Assembly (NCBI RefSeq): GCF_046119375.1
Contig: NW_027362771.1
Location: 180,668,001 to 180,732,000, forward strand
Direction of reading: 5' to 3'
From: Phyllobates terribilis
Taxonomy: Eukaryota
Length of the DNA stretch: 64,000 nucleotides
A program made the position numbers and the translations under genes. Position 1 is the stretch's first letter. Each line of letters begins with the position of its first letter. Positions 58,134 through 64,000 of this stretch are shown in pieces. Under the pieces are notes generated by a model. That model saw only the letters and a program-made list of their open reading frames with translations, ran no database searches and was not told the DNA's origin.

Positions 58134-58922
58134 TAGTGGGCAGAATTATTATGCAACCAAATGAAAAACGTACATTTTCCCATTTCAGATGTTTATTTTC
58201 ACCTGTAAAGTGACACCTTGCTGGTGTCTGAGTCGAAGTGGAGGTTTGTGCCAATTACTGACTCAGTCACAAGCCCATCCATCTGTTTCATCAAGAGTCA
58301 CTCTCATCTCATCTGTCCATACATTCTTAGAAAAATCTGTCTTCAGATATTTATGGTCCCAGTCTTGACATTTCACCTTCTTTGTCTTGTTCAATGGTGG
58401 TCGGGTTTCAGCTTCCCCCACCTTGGCCATGTCTCTGAGCACTGAGCACCTTGTACTTCTGGGCCCTCCAGGGAGGTTGCATTTCTGGAATATGACAGCA
58501 CTGGAGGATAATGGGGTCCTAATCACTTCATGTTTGATTCTTTTCAGTCTTTGGCAATTAATGTGCGTCTTTTTTTTCTCAACACATTGTTTGCGACTCT
58601 GTTGACTATTGCAATAAAACTTTTTTCAATAGTGCTGCATTAATCTGTAAGACTTTTAGCAATTTGGGGCTTTTCAGAACCATCTAAATCTCTTTTTTGG
58701 CCTATTTTGCCTGAGGAAAACAAGCTGCCTAATAATTCTGTACACCTTTTAATAAAGGGTGTTGATATCTTTAGGCCTCACCCTTCCTCATTACACAGAT
58801 ACACATCACCTGATCTGCTTCATCTAATAAGCATTCAAGTTTATATAGCTTGGAATTGGAAAATCTGTATAAAAATGATGATATGGTGAAAATACCAATT
58901 TGCCTAATAATTGTGCACAGTG
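58134..58922 (-). mobile_element. Internally deleted, degenerate Tc1-like element
   Basis: Ends GCAGAATTATTATGCAA / TTGCCTAATAATTGTGCACAGTG|TA; residual transposase RPPLNK…CQDWDHKYLKTDFSKNVWTDEMRVTLD at 58526→58263. Confidence 0.7.
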
Positions 58923-61900
58923 TAAATTATACAGTCAAATTAAAGATTTCACTCATACACACATGTATAGAGACACAGGAATGTACAGTGTAGGATTTTA
59001 TCGCCTCTATGGTAGACTTATTATGGCTTGGTACAAAACAATTGTATGTATGAGTCTTGATACCCAAAATTTAAATTTCAGTAAATTCTTACTAAATTGA
59101 AATGTGTTTTCTTTATTTTGTGCATTAATTTCTGCCTTATTGTGGCATCCAATATGTATTAATTTGTATAGAGCTTCTATCTATTGCTGAAATAATAGAG
59201 AAAGTGATCATTTTTAATGCATTAGTGGAGAGAAATTAAACAGTGTGCTGCCTGCATTTAACCACAATTGATATGCAGAGAACAGGCTAAAGTTGGGTAA
59301 CTGCTGTACTGGCAATAATAAAATCCCTCATTTGACATAAAATATTTGCTATGTTCAGAAATTCTAATTAGAGAGGGTTTAATCAGTCTTAAAATCACAT
59401 ATGCACTAAATCAAAGGAATTAATCCTAGCTGCTTAACTATTATGTGGCTCTATAAAGACTGCATTCCTGCTCAGTTCAATGCCTGAAATTTGCCAAATA
59501 TTAATCCATCAAGTGTCCATATAATCCTAAAATTTTGATGTGGATATTAAACAGCTCTTAATAGCTACTGGGTCATAGTAAGTCAAGATGGAACAATATT
59601 CCAAAAATGAGAAACAATACATAATTTTATTCTATTCAAAACAGGATAAGTATGTTTGGATTTACTAAATTGTAGCAATAGTACAATCAGCTAAAGAATT
59701 GCCCCCACATGATTGGATTTTCAATTCAAGTCTGCTGTGTATATTGAAGGCAGTGGTTTGATTGCTGATTACTTTTAATTACACATTTACAATTCTTCAA
59801 ATCAGGCTAACATGGCGATAACTTGATGAAGGATTATATGTGAGAAAGAGCCGAAATAATTGCATCCTTGTTACCAGGTCCCCAAATTCAGAAGAAACAC
59901 TCTTCTCCTTTTTCTTAACCCCCCCTCCGAAAAAAAAAAAAAAAAGCCAACCATACACCTCCCAGCCTATAAACACATTTATCATGCATCCAACCTAAAG
60001 TCAATACCCTATGCAGAATTCCATGTACCATTCGACAATGTGCCCTCATCATGCAGAATGCAAATTTTCCAAACCCCAAAAAACTCTAATCATTAGTAGA
60101 GTTGACTGACTGACCCAAAATTCTATTCAGGCAGTTTTGCTCAATTCTGGGGGAGGTATGATTTGCATTGAATAAACTCTGTGCAAATCAAACCTGCTGG
60201 GCTTTAAAAAAAAATAAATAAAAACTATAAAATCTTATATTCGCCCTTCATCTCCTCTTCAAGATCTCTTGAGCTATTGTAATAGTGGGGAAGGGCGTAG
60301 CCTTCCCTTGGCACTGAGATAGTTAAAAGAAGTGTTCCTGTAGTCAGACCTCTCTGAACTTTGGTAGGCCAAGCTAAGGGGTTAGCTTCAGTGGTCCAGT
60401 CAGCAGAGTAAAGGGGGAACTTAGTGCCCTGATCAAGCCTTGAGTGATATAGCGCTTGTTCCTGGCATAATTCCTTGTGGGCTGCAGTACCTGTAAACAG
60501 CCACAAGATGCCACTGTCCTGGGTGCAGATGTCAGGTTGAGTCTGCTAGCAGTGTTACAGACAGTGATGGGTTAATACTGAGTGATGACAGCTCACAGAG
60601 GGTGGGCACCTTAAGAAAATCCCTGTTTAGTTTCCTGAGGCAGGGAGAGATGATCAGTTAGAGATAGGACAGTGAACCGTGCGGGCAGCCTGAATATATG
60701 GTGGCTGCTAGAGTAGACGTAAGCTCCATACCCTCAGACAGTGGGATCACTAGTGTGAAAGTCTCCCTACGCAAGAGCAAGAGTCCTGTTAGCCGGCCGG
60801 AGAAACTCAAAGGAAGTGTTGAGGACCCGGGGCACTAATAGTCTGCAGGAAGCAGAGGAAGATAAATAGGACTCCAGGCTAAGACGTGGGGGAGAGATCG
60901 GATCCAGATCACTGTTGGTATTGCAGAAGAGCCTCTTGGGCTAGAGAGAGAGTCACAGAGATGCTTCACTCAAAGAGGGAACCAGGGCTGAAGATGTTGC
61001 CAGCGCCTGTGAGAGAGATAATAACCTGTCGGGCCTTATCCATTATATCTGCCTGTAAATACTGTACATATTCCTCTTCCCCAAGTAAAGTCCAAGTTCT
61101 GGTTAAGAACCTCGTGTCCTCTGAATTTATTGCTGCCTTGGTCCCAGAAGAGAAATGCCTGGAGACAGCCGCGATCGGATGGTTTGAAGTAAGTGGAGAG
61201 CACCACATACACAACCACACTTCAGAGGGAGGACACGAATTGTCTGTAGGGTGCCAGAGCGAGGGGGGGCTACAGCTCGCCCACGACTACCTCGCTGGGG
61301 CACCTTACACTACCACTCCTTTTCCTTTTTCCAATCTGCTCCTCTTCTTCTTTCCAGTATTCCGTCGGGCACCTCTGCTGACTAGGCTCCACGCCGTCAT
61401 GTGGTGAATGACATTATTGCTCTGGGGTCTAAAAGGTGGCAGCACCCCTCCAAAAACCGGAAGGAAAAAAGGGGGAAGAGGAGCTCATCTGAAGAGGAGT
61501 GGAAGTGGGACAAATATAGGAGGTCCCAGGATAGTTGAGTATAAGAGTTTGTTTTTTCTTTAATCTCTTCCAGACCCTCAAAATACAGCAAAATTACATC
61601 TGGCTTGCTGCCATTTTGCTACGTTCATGGAACTTGAATCCCCCAAAATTTAAATTTGTTAGATTTTGAATTTGGGGGAAATTTGTAGCAAACTAGATCT
61701 GCTCATGTCTATTCATTACCCTACATTTTGTTTATTGTCCCTCTCTGCTCTTACACCTAACCAAACCAAATTCTCCAGCTACTCTATGCTCATGTATGGA
61801 TGTCCTAAGCCCATCCGGGAGATGGGCTTAAAAACATACTAGCCACCATTGATCTGTACCAAAATCTCAAAGAGCATAAACTATATGCCCCTTATAAGAA

Positions 61901-62515
61901 ATTTTTTGGTATACCATGTATATTGATAATGTTATGTTGCACTGATAAAATGTTTTATTGTGCCCTGTGTTGCCGATGTATTTGTGTCACTGTGACTGGA
62001 CAAGTAATTAGAGTCTTTTTATTGGCAGGCACAGGGTAGGTACAGAGGACTGGCTATGTCCAGGAAGAGTCTAGTGCTTACTAGGGACTGACCATGGTGT
62101 TGCCGATACTTTGCTCACTTCTCTGTCAGAATGGGGCAGTAGGGCACCAATGGAAGGTGGAGGTAGAATTGCTGAGGAGCTAGACCTGAGTTTTGTGAAT
62201 CTTTGCAAGAGATAGTCCAGAAGTGCCGTGGGAGAGAGATTGTCCTAATGTATTGATCAGAGGAGACTCCAGGCTGAAACTGCAGAGGTGGTCAACAGGA
62301 GGTCAGGAGTTGTAGTGTGGGACTGGAACCTTAAAAGAAAGTAGTCTGCTTGGTCTAGCAAAGGTAAATTTGTTGAAATCACTTAGTTCACTTATCTTTT
62401 GAAGGTCAATTTTGAGGTGTTTTATCTAAAGTCTTGACCTATTCTGAATTTGTACATAGACACAGGCATTAGGCAAACTGTGTATTGTAGTGCAGCGGTG
62501 TTCACACTGTGCGGT

Positions 62516-63086
62516 AATGAGGCAGTGACCCAAGGAACGTTCAACTTAAATGTCTTTATTTGCAGAAACTCACAACTTAAATGCAAATGGTGTCCTCCAG
62601 ATCGCAGCCGTGCGCTCCAAACTGTCCGTATAAACTGGTTGCCGTCAGCAACTGCCACGCTGTCTTGCTCTGAGGTGCGTCAGATGCTTTTCCTTCACAG
62701 GCCTGTGTTATGCCTTCACACAAGCTTGCCGTGCACTGAGCCTCCTGTTCTGCAGCTTGCAAGCAAACCGCTGACACACCCAAACCTTTGCTGCAGGTTC
62801 TTAAATGAAAACTGTGAACATGAGCTACATACAAGACCCGGGTTGGAGGGAGTAGACCTCCCCACTGCCATCCTGTAGTCCACTCCAAGAATAAAAGCCC
62901 ATGCCGAGTTTTACTAAATCTGCTTTGGTCAAATAGCTTTACCAAATCCAAACTTACATTTATTCTGCACTGCAATCACAGCTGTGTCTGTGATAGCAAT
63001 GCACACCAGCGGGTTCAATATGCTTCTATGCGTATTCTGGGGGATACGTACCGTCCCTCGCATATAATTCCCCTGACTGCCTCACA
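62516..63086 (-). repeat. 3' LTR of the Gypsy element (~570 bp)
   Basis: On the minus strand a polypurine tract AGGGGGGGG-ATA precedes TGTGAGGCAGTC at 63086. The opposite end carries the inverted TGAGGCAGT at 62518-62526; minus-strand AATAAA at about 62555. Confidence 0.65.
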
Positions 63087-64000
63087 TATCCCCCCCCCTA
63101 TGTTCAAACTTGTGGGGTTGAACACTTGTCACCATACAGGTTGCCCGTGACAGGGCATCCACATTCCCTGCGACTTCCCAGCCAGATGTTCCATCGAAAA
63201 ACTAAAGTTTTGTAGGGACAGGAACCATCTGATAACCCGAGCAAGCCTCTCCTTTGCATTTCTCATCCAGATGAGGGGCGAAGGCGAATGGTCCATTACC
63301 AAACAAAACTGTTGCCCGAGCAAATAATAGCGTAGAGACTCCAAGGCCCACTTAATAGCCAAGCACTCCTCCACTACGCTATATTTTTTTCTGCCGGGGT
63401 AAGTTTCCTGCTCAAGTAGGTGACTGGATGTTCCTCTCCGTTCACCTCTTGCGACAGTACTGCTCCTAGGCCTACCTCAGAGGCATCCATTTGCATGGTG
63501 AAGCCTTTCTTGAAGTTGGGGCTGGTGAGGACAGGCTGTCCACACGACGCCGACTTCATGAACTGGAACGCTTCCTCCGCTTGAGGGTTCCACCGAACCA
63601 TAACCGACTTCTTACCCTTTAACACATAGGTCAGGGGCGCCGTTCTCGCAGCAAAGTTAGGTATAAATCGTCGGTAGTACCAGACGATGCCGAGGAATGC
63701 TCTCACTTGTTTAGTAGTCACAGGCTTGTGCCAGTTTTGAATGGCTTCGATCTTGTTTGGCCGTGGGGTTATCAAACCACAAATAATCACGTACCCCAAG
63801 TACCAGGCTTCCTTGAGACCTATCACACTTTTTTGGGGTTCGCTGTCAGGTCTGCTACTCTGAGCGAATCCACTACTGCTTGTACCTGGGACAAGTGGGT
63901 CTGCCAATCGGTACTAAAGATGATTCATCCAAATATGCGGACGCGTACTTCTGATGGGGCTCCAAAACTATGTCCATCAGCCTCTGGATTGTAGCCGGGG
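63087..64000 (-). mobile_element. Gypsy/Ty3 LTR retrotransposon pol (RT C-terminus plus RNase H), frameshifted, 5'-partial
   Basis: QRLMDIVLEPHQKYASAYLDE (degenerate YLDD), QVRAFLGIVWYYRRFIPNFA, TDAS-like MDASEVGLGAVLSQ, YLSRKL, ECLAIKWALESLRYYLLG, RWFLSLQ; followed directly by the PPT and LTR. Confidence 0.92.

Noticed and set aside
60278-61274. Possible solo LTR (TGT…GGGGGGGCTACA, about 1 kb), and another candidate near 61991-62510
   Set aside because: No matching target-site duplication, PBS or PPT could be identified, so boundaries are not supportable.

Overview
Eukaryotic, vertebrate genomic DNA, most likely a frog (inferred from the TTAA-flanked MITE, Tc1, piggyBac and CR1 repeat landscape; the species cannot be fixed from sequence alone). 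The ORF track is mostly noise because the real genes are spliced. Three host genes were reconstructed by hand from GT-AG exons. (1) RPAP3 on the minus strand: 8 coding exons from the start codon into the second TPR domain, running off the left edge. (2) and (3) TWO complete, intact, tandem paralogs of the mitochondrial intermembrane-space metalloprotease ATP23 on the plus strand (226 aa at 18689-26231 and 234 aa at 31151-41814). They have identical exon phases, both keep HELIH, and are only about 69% identical over exons 2-6. The first paralog is head-to-head with RPAP3 across a short CpG-rich promoter. The rest of the window is transposon-derived: several Tc1 families (one present as full-length, truncated and mini copies), a 2.5-kb piggyBac with intact TIRs, TTAA duplications and DDD triad broken only by two single-base homopolymer indels, a 2.7-kb non-autonomous hAT with an 8-bp TSD, a Gypsy 3' end with no integrase after RNase H (Gmr1-like order), CR1 fragments, MITEs, decayed Penelope-type hammerhead motifs and a 31-bp minisatellite. 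No tRNA, rRNA or CRISPR array was found.
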